Below, piece by piece: positions 40,675-53,450 of a DNA stretch of 64,000 nucleotides; the first letter of the stretch is position 1; each line of letters starts with the position of its first letter. The DNA comes from Eledone cirrhosa. Its lineage: Eukaryota. Below the pieces are notes generated by a model, which worked only from the letters and a program-made list of their open reading frames with translations, was not told where the DNA came from and did no database searches. Both the position numbers and the translations under genes were made by a program. The stretch spans positions 28,024,001 through 28,088,000 of the forward strand of contig OZ024757.1 of the NCBI GenBank assembly GCA_964016885.1, written 5' to 3'.

Positions 40675-42229
40675 CGCCAGTCTTCCTGTTGATGGATATT
40701 GCAGGTTGATGCAGTATATGCAATCTCTCCCAGAGTATATGTTCTGTAAAAGTAGTTTGTATTGTTGACTAATGTTTTTTATGCATGTGTTTTACTTAAA
40801 GTGTTCATTGATAAAATCTGTTAGTGTAGATACATAGTCATCATCTATACACACCACGTGTCTACTACACCAACACAACACTTCTCTTTTGTTCACTATA
40901 CCTGATTCCTCTTATTCCCAGTTTCTCTCTCAGTTCATCCATGCTTTCTCTCCATGCACATTCATATATATAAGTATACATACACATTATATATATATAT
41001 ATATATCGGTAGAGAGTCGGACACCATGCTTTGACGCATAGAGTTACGGCCCTTTCCATTCTGAGTTCAAACCCCGCAGAGGTCAACTTTGCCTTTCATC
41101 CTTACGGGGTCGATAAAATAAAGTACCAGTAATGTACTGGGTAATTGCTGGCCTTGTGCCAAAAGTAGAAACAATTATATATATATGTGTGTGTGTGTAT
41201 CATCGTCATCATCATCGTTTAACGTCTATTTTTCCATGCTAGTATGGGTTATATATATATAGATACACACATATACACACACACACGTGTGTGTATATTT
41301 GTTTGTGTGTGAATGTTCAAGTGTGCATGAATGTATGTATGTACACAATGAAATAGACACTCAGTATATACATTTAGCCATTCCCATTTGGTGCTTGGTA
41401 GGTCGGTTAAATGTTTTCAGTAAATGGCTTACAACATGCTTCTTCTTCTTCTCCTCCTCCTCCTTCTTCTTCTTCTTCTTCACTGGGTTGAAAGTAAATC
41501 TGTCCAAGCACTTATCATTTACGATCAAACCCAAATTCTGCAATTTCACCCCATTGTGTTGAACGAAAAATGTTTAAACAACCAATGGGATTGTTTCACT
41601 CATTAACATGTGTCGTTAGCTCATATATGTTGTATGTTATACAGAGGACTTATGAGTGTTTAGACTGTTGATAAATAACCATGACGGAATAACCACCCTC
41701 TAACAGTCTAAATGTATCACTTGCCTGTCTCATATTTTTTTATGGTTTCTGATTTAGGCACTAGGTCAGCAATTCTTAGGGGAAGGGAAAAGTCTATGAT
41801 ATCAACCCTAGTACTTCTATCATTAGTTCATTATCAGTTAATAAGCATACAGACAGTCATACAGTGATAGTCGATATAGGTTAGTATTTTGTTTTACACA
41901 TATATATACAGCACGTTTTCTATCAAATTGGTACTTGATTGGTACTTTATTTCATCGACCCTGGAAGTATGACAGGCAAGGTTGACCTAAAAAAAGCACA
42001 AAACATGATGACACAGAATGTAAATGTGATGAGGGATTGGAGACAGCTTGGAGTGGATAGGTTTCCATTTAGCCTGCAGGGGATGGGGCTGGCTAATGAA
42101 TAAACCAAGACAATATTGGGTAGAGAGGACCCTTTGATCTTGTTGAGTACCTGACAATCTCTCTGGTGTTGCTACCACCATAGAATGCACTCAGCACACT
42201 CTTTAATGTGGTTGGTGATTGGAAACATG

Positions 42230-42600
42230 ACAGTCTATTTAGTGCTGGTTCCATGAGAAAATACATCCAGTACATTCTGTGAAGTGGTAATCCTGAGGCC
42301 ACAATAACATGCACCAGGCACATTCTATAAAACAGTAGTGCTTTGGCCATGATGAAATCCATCCAGTATATTCTATAAAGTAGTAGTACTGGGATCATAA
42401 TAAAATGCATCCAGTACACTCAGTGAAATAGTAGTGCTGGATCCACAATAAAATGTACTGCATACACTTTGTAAAATGCTAGTGCTGAGGCAAGAATAAA
42501 ATTCACCCAGTGTATTCTGTAAAGTGGTAGTGCTAGGGTCATGATAAAGGGTACCTAGTCCACTCTGTAAAATGATAAAGCTGGAGCACAATAAAATGCA
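42230..42600. repeat. ~43-bp tandem repeat related to the RTE 3' UTR (also 58590-58840)
   Basis: Unit CCAGTACACTCTGTAAAGTGGTAGTGCTGGTGCCACAATAAAAAGCA; both arrays lead into an AGGAAGGGCATCCAGC-like segment (the first after a MITE). Confidence 0.75.
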
Positions 42601-43508
42601 CTCTGTCAGAGGCGCAACTAGGGTATGGCAAGCATGGCACCACATGAAGAGGGCACCACTTGGACGAGGAACACATGCTATTAAAGTAAAATTAGCCTCG
42701 ATGGAGAGTGTAAAAAGAAACTCCTTCAGGTGTATGATCTGTCTATGATTATCATGGGTGAGAACACTATGGTGGCTGGATCATTAAACCATTTATATAA
42801 ATTATTAGGCCATAAGTAAAAATACAGTGCTAGGTAGGGGCACAATTTCACTGCTTGCCATAAATGCTATTTTCCCTAGTTATGCCTCTTTACTATAAAA
42901 TGGTTGGCATCAGGAAGGACATTCAACCTTAGAAACTATGTCAAAATATAGAATGTAAATAGCAATATGTTGTGATTCAATTAAATCTTATCTTGGACTA
43001 TGATGACATGTCCAACCCATGCCAGCTTGGAAAACAGATATAAATTCATGGTATTAAGAATGATATTTATATAAAGACGCACACTGTGGCCTTCCTTCTG
43101 TCTACCACATTTCATTCACAACACATCGGTCTGGTCGACACAAGACTATAATAGAGACACTTGCCCAACGTGGTGTTTGTGTGTGTGTGCATGTGTGTTG
43201 TGATAGAAGGGGTTGTGGTGGTGATGTTAGTAATGTAGTGGTGGTGATGGTAGTATTGGTGGTGGTCTGGTGGTGGTGTTGGTGGTGGTTGTGTTGCTGC
43301 TGCTGCTGTTGCTTGTGGTTACGGTAGTAGTAGTGGTGGTGGTGAGTATGATATATCTCTATATATTCTAGTCCATACTCATCCCCCCATCACCACCCCC
43401 ACCACCACTGTCACCACCACCACCACCACCTCCCACTCCAGTAATTATATAATTAGGTGAAATTCTGTTTGAAAAAACTGCAAGCCAAGGAAATCTAAGA
43501 TAAGGCAG

Positions 43509-43555
43509 AGGTCAAGAGGTCAAGACGTTTTATGGGGTCACTTCTAGTGACGTCA
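43509..43555. promoter_or_regulatory. Candidate cis-element cluster: perfect DR2 nuclear-receptor site, extra half-site and CRE
   Basis: AGGTCA-ag-AGGTCA (43509-43522), GGGTCA (43535-43540), TGACGTCA (43548-43555). Confidence 0.3.
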
Positions 43556-43884
43556 CATGGATGGCTTCATGTCATAGTTGATTAATGTTGATGTGTGTGA
43601 CTGTGTGTGCATGTATCTATGTATATGACTGTGTGTGTGAGTTTGTCTAAGTATATGTATGTTTCTGTTAAACTGCATGTTTGTTTCTAGGAAAATGCAT
43701 GCACGCATGTGTGTATGTGTGCATGTATGTGTATGACTGTGTGTGTTTCTGTGTGCATGTATGTGTGTGTATGACTGTCTGTGTTTGCGTGTGTGCATTT
43801 GTTTTGTTTTTTTTATACATGTTCTTTGCATATTTCCTTTGAATATTTCTTTTCCAGCTAGCATATTTTGAAATAGCTTCTTAA

Positions 43885-44105
43885 CCCTTTAGCATTCAAA
43901 CTGGCCATATCCGGCTAGAATTCGCTCACCTTTTTCTGTTGAAACTGGCTGTAACTGGCCACTCATACTGATGTTAAGGTATTGTTCTGAAAATAGATAA
44001 TATCAAAATCTCATTGATTCGATATTATGTGAGATAATTATATGGCATAAAGCCTTTACCGTGAAAATATACTAGTAAATATAGGGTAATGTAAATACTA
44101 AAGGT
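43885..44105. mobile_element. piggyBac-type MITE (reverse orientation)
   Basis: TTAA flanks, CCCTTTAGCATT TIR. Confidence 0.8.
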
Positions 44106-46025
44106 TTAATACACAAAATCCTATGTCATCCACCAACATTTCCCATCAACCACCATTTTCTGTTCAGTTGCTCATTGTCCACTCAACAGTTGAAATCACC
44201 CATCAGTGGATGATATCACCCTGGTTGGGAAAGACAGGTTTTATTTTTTTTTTACTATGAAAAATAGTCAAATAAGTTGGGCATATAAGCCCCCAAAGAT
44301 GGAAAAAGTGAGCAGTATTGCCAGTTGGAAGCAAACTCACACCAGTCATGCTGGACAACTGCACTGTCATTACACCAAAGCAAGATTGACCACTTACTCA
44401 TCATTGGATTGGCAGTATCGGTAGAGAGTCGGACGCCATGCTTTGCAGCAAAAAGTTATGGCCCTTTATGGTCTGAGTTCAAATCCCGCCGAGGTTAACT
44501 TTGCCTTTCATCCTTACGGGGTCGATAAAATAAAGTACCAGTAATACACTGGGATAATTGCTGGCCTTGTGCCAAAAGTATTAATAAGTATAAAGCCTCA
44601 TCTATTGGCTAGTAAATGTAAATATTGTATGTGTTTGTGGTTACTAAAAAGGAAACAAAAAGAATGATAGTAAAAGTAAGGGCTAAGTTACCCCACCTGG
44701 TACTGCTAGACAAACAAAAACTATACATCACCTCATTTGTTCTAATATCTGGTAGTATTCATGTGAAGGACTTGTGCTTCACTAATGAGGTCATATAACA
44801 CGGAAACATGACTATAGTTGTCACCACAACTTTGTGACTATTTAATTTTAAATCAATTGACAAGAATTTTCATTAATGTTAATGATATATATATGTGTGT
44901 GTGTGTGCAGGCGTAACCAGTTTTCACAAAAATGTAATTGGACATTAAAACCCACATGCGACTTATCTATCAATTCCTAATCTGAACTTGATATATTAAA
45001 TAACGGTAGTTAATGAAGGCAATATATTATAAACTCAAATGGTGTGCAAATTTTCTAGAGTATAAAGAGTATGTATGTGTATGTACAGGGTGTCCCCAAA
45101 AAATGAATACACACTTCAACAGCATTTTAATAAATATATGTATACATTTTTGGGGACACCCTGTATATATGTATGTGTGTTTGTGCGGTACGTAATTGGG
45201 TTTGTCTATCAGAGGAATACAAGAAGTGTTCACTTGATAGATAGAAAGTGACTCTTTGAGATAGGACAGACACCAGTTTTTTTCTTTTGACCAAACACAA
45301 ACACACTGACATATATATATATATATATACATATGCATTTATGTATATATATACACATACACACACACATATATATATACGTATATATATCTGATCTGGG
45401 TATGTGTGTGCTGATGTGTGTAATTATCAACATTGTTAGCAAAACAAGAATTTTATCATTGGCCTTCTGGTTTCTGTTGGTGTATATATATATATATATA
45501 TGTTGGTGTATATATATATTTACACATATATATATATATATATATGTGTATATATATATATTATATGTGTGTATAGATACACAATAAAAACCTAAATATA
45601 TGTAAGTGTATATATATATATATGTTGGTGTATATATATATATTTACACATATATATATATATATATATGTGTGTGTGTATATATATATGTGTGTATATA
45701 TATTATATGTGTGTATAGATACACAATAAAAACCTAAATATATATAAGCGAAACTTCGTTTTCTTTGTATGTATATATGTATATATATATGTATGTATGT
45801 ATATATAGATACACAATAAAAACCTAAATATATGTGAATGAAACTTCACTGTTTTTCCTTAGTATATGTATGTATGTATGTACTGATAATTTGCAAAATA
45901 AGATGTCACTGAAGATGGAGACAAAGAAATGTTTTGTAATAGGCTTGCAGGAACAATATAAGTACATTGGACTGGATGTATGTTTGTGTATTTATGTTTG
46001 TCTGTATGTATATGTGTATGAATGC

Positions 46026-46087
<62 letters not shown>

Positions 46088-46683
46088 TTATACAGATATA
46101 ACTTTAATATATATATATATATAAATAGACACATACATATTTATGTGTATGTCTACATACGTACATATATATGTGTGTGTGTATAAATGTCTGTGTGTGT
46201 GTATATAAATATATATATGCTTTTATATGTATATATATATGTGGTCCAAATCTTGCTGGCAAGGACTGCTGATGTTAATGATGTTATATATATATTACAG
46301 GGTGTCCCAAAAATGTATGCACACTTCAATAATTCTAATAAAAGTGTGTATACATTTTTTGGGGACACCCTGTGTGTGTGTGTTTGATTGTGTATATATA
46401 ATGTACAAATAGATATGTATGTGGGTATATATTATATTCTTGTTTCAATTCTTTGTATAAAGAAGTTTGTTTCTGACAAGAACATAAAGTTCCTTAGCTG
46501 AAAATTAGATAACAGAAACAGTAAACACTTCCATGTTGAATTTTAGGAAAGTCTTGCATCCCCTATGGCAGCTGTTATGTTGCACCACCCCCTCTCTCTC
46601 ACACACAAAATCTGTCTTTCTTAGTGTGGAGGGATGGAATTTAGGCTGGAGATAAGATATCTAGCTATCTATCTATTTATCTA

Positions 46684-46730
<47 letters not shown>

Positions 46731-46892
46731 ATATATATTTGTGGAGGGTCATATTGTTATGATATTGCCAGAAATAATAATAAAACACACACTCACTGTT
46801 TGGTTTGGATTGGTTTTCGCTTCTGTATCTTTTATATCTCCATAGTTAATTTATCTGGCAATCAATGTTTATCATTGATTGACCAACAGTTA

Positions 46893-47244
<352 letters not shown>

Positions 47245-47287
47245 GTTTTGCGAGGTTTTTTATATGAAATCGTGTGTCCCCAAGTAT

Positions 47288-47327
<40 letters not shown>

Positions 47328-47673
47328 CACTGCCAGCAAGGTGGCTGATGAGGTAAAGATGCATTTGTTTGTTTGTCTTATGTAACTGTGAGCATTTTCT
47401 GCTGATATTATATGTTTTATCTATGTGATGGCAAGGGTATCCAAAAGGTTTGGCACCAAGAAAGGTACCTGGCCACAAAACATTGCCTCAAAAATAAACC
47501 CAATAAATATGAAGCCTATGTTGAAACAGACCCGTCCAATTCATGCCAAACAAAATGAAAGTCAGTTTTGACAAGAGTTTCGAAATTTGCTGTGAAACAA
47601 TTCAAAGCTTTATAGATATAACATATGTATATATACATATTGGAAAATGTGTGAGATCTTTGGTACAGTTAGG

Positions 47674-47818
47674 TATATTTGAAAAAAAAAGAAAAGAATG
47701 ACTTTACTTGTAGTCTTAAATAATTTGATTTAATTTTATAATATTATAATATTATAAAATTAAATAAAATTATTTAACACTACAAGTGAAGTCATTCTTT
47801 TCCTTTTTTTCAAATATA
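47674..47818. repeat. ~145-bp near-perfect AT-rich palindrome
   Basis: TATATTTGAAAAAAA...AGAATGACTTTACTTGTAGT mirrored by ACTACAAGTGAAGTCATTCT...TTTTTCAAATATA. Confidence 0.9.
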
Positions 47819-48530
47819 TATATATATATACCATCATCACGACTATTTAACGATTATTTGCATAAATATATTTTAAAGTGAAACGTCATTCTCTCATACA
47901 CATATATACATGCATACATACATACAAGCACACACTCACACATACATGGACGCACACACATATATATATAACATCATCATCATCATTTAATCTCTGTTTT
48001 CTCTATTAGCTATATATATATATATTTCAGTGGAAATTTAGACTCTAAGTAATAAATGATACATGTTATGTTAGTTTAACAGTCTTTTTTTAGGTTTTTC
48101 AAATGGCTAAAATGACAATATTTAGTTTAAACAATATTGTCTCAGATTAAGTGACGTACCAAACAAATACAATTCTGATATATATATATCAGAATTATAT
48201 ATATATATATATACATATGTATATATATATGAAAAATGGCATGCTGCGTGGTTGCAAATGGGTTACATATGAATAAAATTAGTCCTTCATCAGTGATCTT
48301 CCAACCTTCATTGGTATTTCTTCGCTTTAACGATCATATACCTCTGGTTGGTGCGAGCAATAACTAAAGAAAGTTATTGGGACATGTAAAATTGGGTGAA
48401 GCGAGCGAGACATGTAAACAAACATAGATGGTAATGCAACGGAAAGAGAGGAAGAGAAGAGACAAGTCCGTGATATCTATGAACTTAAGTTCTGTGAAAT
48501 CATAGATATATATATTTATGTAAATATACA

Positions 48531-48787
48531 TAAAATTGAAAAAGTGGAGAATAACATGGTCAACAGTACAAAAAAGGGGATTTATTTACAGTCTAACAAT
48601 TGTTTCAATGATAAAGATACAGTTTCCGAAGATCTGATCGAGCTAACATCGTATTTATAATTGAGTAGCACTACTTCTAGTGTTCAGCAATTTTTAGACA
48701 TGTTTATCAGTGAAACAATTGTTAGACTGTAAATAAATCCCCCTTTTTGTACTGTTGACCATGTTATTCTCCACTTTTTCAATTTTA
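48531..48787. repeat. Foldback with 77-bp arms (1 mismatch) and ~100-bp spacer
   Basis: 48531-48607 is the reverse complement of 48711-48787. Confidence 0.95.
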
Positions 48788-49383
48788 TTACTCCAAGATA
48801 AACTTACATAGGAATATAAGTGAAATCATAAACCCGTCATCTACGTAAATCTCTTGTTGAATCAAACAACGCTGTACGCTAAAAACTATCCATAATAAGA
48901 AGTATTCACAGCCTCTAACTGGATTACCTATAACGATATTTTGTTATCCCTTATATACATACATATATATACATACGTATATATATATATATACATACGT
49001 AAATATATATATATAGTTACGCAAGTCTGATATTTGATTTCGGATTCATAGAAACACTTTAAATGTATAACGTTTGATTTGTCCAGGTGTATTTTTTCTC
49101 AACCTGTTAGTTCTTTCGTTACTCTGGTATTGTGTGTTAGATTTTGCCTACCACAATGTTCAATTTGTCAAGCTATTTAAACGTATGTTATTACTCTAAG
49201 GACCTACCTTGTCGAGTGCTTTGCTAACTCATTCATATAGTAGGTCGAATTTGCTTGCACACCGCCAAAGATTCGATTTTACTAAGCCTCCAATTATATA
49301 TATATAACGAAGGAAATGTGGTAAGGAACCAGATGGACCATAACGCACCAGAGTACTCAATACTTAGGGTAGCAGAGTGGGTA

Positions 49384-49504
49384 ATAGGAAAAAGTATGAC
49401 TCCGACGGCAGAGCTCAAGCCGTTTCGACGGCTATTTCTGGACTGTCCAGAAGTAGCCGTCGAAACGGCTTGAGCTCTGCCGTCGAGGTCATACTTTTTC
49501 CTAT
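49384..49504. repeat. Relatively GC-rich hairpin with 60-bp arms and 1-nt spacer
   Basis: 49384-49443 matches the reverse complement of 49445-49504 at about 57/60; internal palindrome GCCGTTTCGACGGC; related half-copy at ~6795-6838. Confidence 0.95.
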
Positions 49505-50216
49505 ATATATATATATATATATATATTTCTATAATCATCATCATTTTTGCATCTACTATTCTATGCTAGCATGAGTTGGGTGAAACTTGTTGAGGCAATG
49601 AGTTACAGCGGAATACCCCTTTTTACAATAACCTTTTTAGTCACTTCTTACAACTAGATAACACAAATTGGAAGATGTCTAAACTGTTTTGAAACAGAAG
49701 AGAAAACCTCACATATTTTTGATAAACTAGATTTGATAAACTTGATTTGATAAACTTGAAGGAAATATTTGAAATATTGAATTATTCTTTTTTTTCTTTC
49801 TAATTTTAGTTTTGGGGGAAGGGAAAAAAAGAAAAAACGCCAAAAGCCAACAAAAAACCATATTTCATTATAGTTATTCTTAATCATTACTTTGCATCTT
49901 ATCCAAAACTAAAAATACCTCAGCTAATTCTTGACATTTTTTCCTTGTCGAGAGAGGTAATATACTACAAAATTATCTACTTTATTTTGTTTGTTTTTCT
50001 GGAATAAAAACCATCTGCATTTATTATAGGCGTAGTGTCTGAGTTGAAGTCCTGCTTAGGTCAACTTTGTCTTTCATCCATCCTATGTCAATAAAGTAAA
50101 GTATCAATTAATTGGTGGGGTCAATATAATACACTCTGACAAGATGGTACAGCTGCCCAAATATGACAACAGTGAACTTGTAAACATACAATATATATAT
50201 ATATATATATATATGT

Positions 50217-50254
50217 CTGATGATCCTGTGATAAACAGGCGAAACTCCACAGTA
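50217..50254 (+). ncRNA. Hammerhead ribozyme core with stem I truncated
   Basis: CTGATGA, stem II CCTGT/ACAGG (loop GATAA), GAAA, stem III ACT/AGT, GUA triplet; 5' stem I replaced by (TA)n. Confidence 0.5.
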
Positions 50255-50285
50255 AAAGGACTATTTAGCCTTAATAATAAATATG

Positions 50286-50326
<41 letters not shown>

Positions 50327-50494
50327 CAAAGAAACAACAAAACAGAAACAAAACGTCTTATTAGTTTCACGCTTTATATGGAAAAGGGGAATTACATTTT
50401 GACTTTTTGGGCTTTACCCCTTCTTCATGAGTACAAAAATAGAGTCAGGATCACAAAGGATAGACATATATATATTTTCACTAGCTCTGACAGT

Positions 50495-50574
50495 TTGGCA
50501 GGTGAACAGTGAGCTGTACTGATGAAGGATGATACCCAGAAACATTAGTGTCTGCAGTTCTGTTCACATGCCAA
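50495..50574 (+). ncRNA. Type I hammerhead ribozyme (near-intact); predicted cleavage after C50552 (GUC)
   Basis: Stem I ~21 bp (TTGGCAGGTGAACA-gt-GAGCTGTA / TGCAGTTC-TGTTCACATGCCAA) with a 2-nt bulge; CTGATGA 50519-50525; weak stem II GG/CC; GAAA 50539-50542; stem III ACA/TGT with TTAG loop. Confidence 0.75.
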
Positions 50575-51389
50575 CACAAGAGCAAGAATGAAGGGTTCAT
50601 TCTACTGACATGGCTATAAAATTGAGGCTTGTTTGCATAATTGCAAATGAATCGAATGTTATTATTAATATTCGAAAAACTCAGATTACATTTATATATA
50701 TATATATCTATTATATTATATCAATAACAAAGAATGTTTTCCTCAAGGCCATATAATAATGATGATGATGATAATTATAATGATGACAATGACAACAGTG
50801 ATGATGATGATGATGATGGTAATTAAAAAATGGTTTTCATAACAAGGAATAATGGACATACATATATATTTTCTTTTTATTTTCTAGAAAACAATTTTAT
50901 ATATATCTATATCTAGGTCAGGTAAATAGCATGTTTTTTTAAATTTTTTTTTATTTTTTAATTTACTTTATTTTCCATTCCAACAGGAAGCTACTTAACC
51001 TGGCCAGGTTCTTGTGGCCTTCTCACTCCAACAGGAAGCTGGTTAATCTTGTCAGCACTGTAGCATGGCTTTCACACACTTAGAGCACAATATGACGATA
51101 TAATAATAAAAATAACAATACTATTACTACTACTTACTACTAATAATAATAATGAATAATAATGCTATTAATAATAACCACTAATGTTTTCTTTTTTCAT
51201 GTTTTTTTTTCTTAGTTTTTTGAGAAGTCTAGTAGAGTGGGAAGTCCGTCTTGATGTGTTCGCTTAAATTGTTAGAAATAGCAGCCAATTCAATTTCAGC
51301 TCTTAAAATGAATCATACTATCTTAACCCTTTCATCAACATTGTTTTACATTTGTTTTTCTATGCTTGCGTGAGTTATATGGGCCCTTT

Positions 51390-51660
51390 CTGGTGCAGGA
51401 TCTTTCCACTGGTTGTGGTCCTTCATCATCTCCTCTGTGAGCTCCAGTGATTTGAGATCATCTCTCACAACCTCTGCCCAGGTCTTCCTTGGTCTTCCTC
51501 TATTGTAGCTTCCTTCCACTAGGATTTTTTAGCACTTTTTGACCCAACGATCATCATCCATATGTATCACATGTCTATGCCAGCACACTCTTTTCTCCTC
51601 TCCTCTCCTCTACACTACATCTTATCTCTCTTTTACCTAGCTTTTCTCTCAGCTCACCCA
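51390..51660 (-). mobile_element. Degenerate RTE LINE 3' coding fragment
   Basis: Minus translation includes GRPRKTWAEVVRDDLKSLEL. Confidence 0.7.
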
Positions 51661-51859
51661 TAACTTTAAACACTTTAAACTATACATCTAAGCATTGTAG
51701 AACAAATACAGGGAAGGACACATTGGATAATGTAGTCTTAGATGAACTATGACTGAATAAAAGACACCTGTTATGGTGCACCACTGTGTCACAATGCAAC
51801 TAGTTATTCTCAGAGGTGCACCAGTATACTGGACAGTTCACAAAACAAATTAATCTGTT

Positions 51860-52110
51860 TTGGAAGAGATTGGTGCCAATCAACAATTGGTTGAAACAGC
51901 AAGGGAAAGGAAACTTCAGTATTTTAGTCATGTCATCAGGGTCCAAAATTTGACTACCCACATCCTTGAGGGATCAATCCAAAAGAAAAGGGCCAGGGGA
52001 CGGCAGAAAAGGAGATGGACAAATGATATTAAAGAATGGACAGGAAGGGGTTTGGCAGAATGTATGGCAATGGCAAGAGACAGGAAAAGATGAAGAGTGC
52101 TGGACCATAG
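51860..52110 (+). mobile_element. RTE/BovB-like LINE C-terminal fragment
   Basis: RKLQYFSHVIR...ILEGSIQKKRARGRQKRRWTNDIKEWTG; similar fragment at ~34880-34970. Confidence 0.75.
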
Positions 52111-52150
52111 GATTTTCAGATATGAGGATGGGATGAGAAGGAAGGAAGTA

Positions 52151-52399
52151 TCTATATATATATAAAAACGAAAGTGACTGTATGTCTGTATGCAGTCTAG
52201 GCATTTCCACAGTTTCCATCCGATTTTGTCCAAATTTGATACGTAGGTTATTTAGCTCCCGGAGCATGTCAACATTTACTTTAAATCTTGCTCTTCTCTA
52301 AAATAGCAGAGTTCTGGGGCTATTTAAAGACGGCCATGTTGATGAGAGAGAGGGGTCTTTATTTACAGTAGTGAAAGATGTGCCCGGCTCTTTTGCTAG
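52151..52399 (+). mobile_element. Non-autonomous Helitron
   Basis: Inserted between A and T; starts TCTATATATATAAAAA, ends CTAG; homologous inverted copy at 54087-54338. Confidence 0.75.
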
Positions 52400-53217
52400 T
52401 GCTTTATATTTTTACTGGTTTACATCAGATTTACCATATTACTATGGATAAAATGGTGGCCACAAATTCCATATCCTTGAAATAGTCACGACTAGTATTT
52501 TTACAGCTGGATGTCTTTCCTATTTTGTGAATTTTTCTGGTTTTGAAGTAGAGTGACATCTGTTTTCATTTAGGCAAACTGAAACAAGTACATCTGTTGT
52601 AGATTAGCCCTAGGTCAACCCTGGTCCAACAGACCAGACATACCACCAAAGATATTCAAGCCATGACCGTCCCATCTGACTGTTTTCTTTTTCGGACCAC
52701 TGCAATACCCAATGTGACTTTTAAGATGTTAAGATGTGGTTTGAGGGAGGTTTGACTGCTATGGTTTGTGATAGGGTGACATGAGAGCAACCAGTCTATG
52801 ACAGGGTGAGAGTAACCAGTCTATGACAGGGTGACATGGAGAAAGATTCCTTTTAGGTGAGTCCACCATACAACTTTACTATATCATAACTACAAGGTAG
52901 AGGAAGACATACCATACTCCCTTTCTGAAAGAAAGTGGTGGTTCAATCCTTACTATAGACACAGCTGGTAGGTGGATCTGTCTTGTACGTGATAGCAGTT
53001 GGTCAACACAAGCCCATAAGTCTAATATACATGGGCACTGGGCGATAACATACAGGATAGATTTGTTGCCCAGCATGCATCTTGGACAGATTCGACTGTT
53101 GGCAGTTCCAGGCCTTTAGAACTTGTCCTAAACTTATAACACCCTTCTGTAATACAGCCATGCCAAGGGTTACCCATAATTTCAGAACTGGAAAGTCCCC
53201 CAGCGGAGCCTGTTGAG

Positions 53218-53450
53218 GCAGCAACAACAAAATATGTAGCATCAACAGCAGCAATAGCAGGAACAGCAACAACAACAGTAGCATCAACAGCAAAAACTAC
53301 AGTAGCATCAACAGCAGCAATTACAGAAACAGTAGCATCAACAGCAGCAATTACAGTAGCATCAACAATTACAGTAGCATCAACAACTACAGTAGCATCA
53401 ACAGCAGCACTAACAGCAACAGCAACAACTACAGTAGCATCAACAACAAC
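53218..53450. repeat. (CAG/CAA)n-type trinucleotide repeat with AGTAGCATCAAC subunit
   Basis: Direct inspection. Confidence 0.85.

Noticed and set aside
45470-45835. Three copies of GATACACAATAAAAACCTAAATATAT with variable spacers
   Set aside because: Local slippage duplication within TA/TG microsatellite; spacers are simple repeats
52879-53293. ORF with an apparent poly-Leu signal peptide
   Set aside because: The poly-Leu is the antisense of the CAG/CAA repeat; the rest is unrecognised
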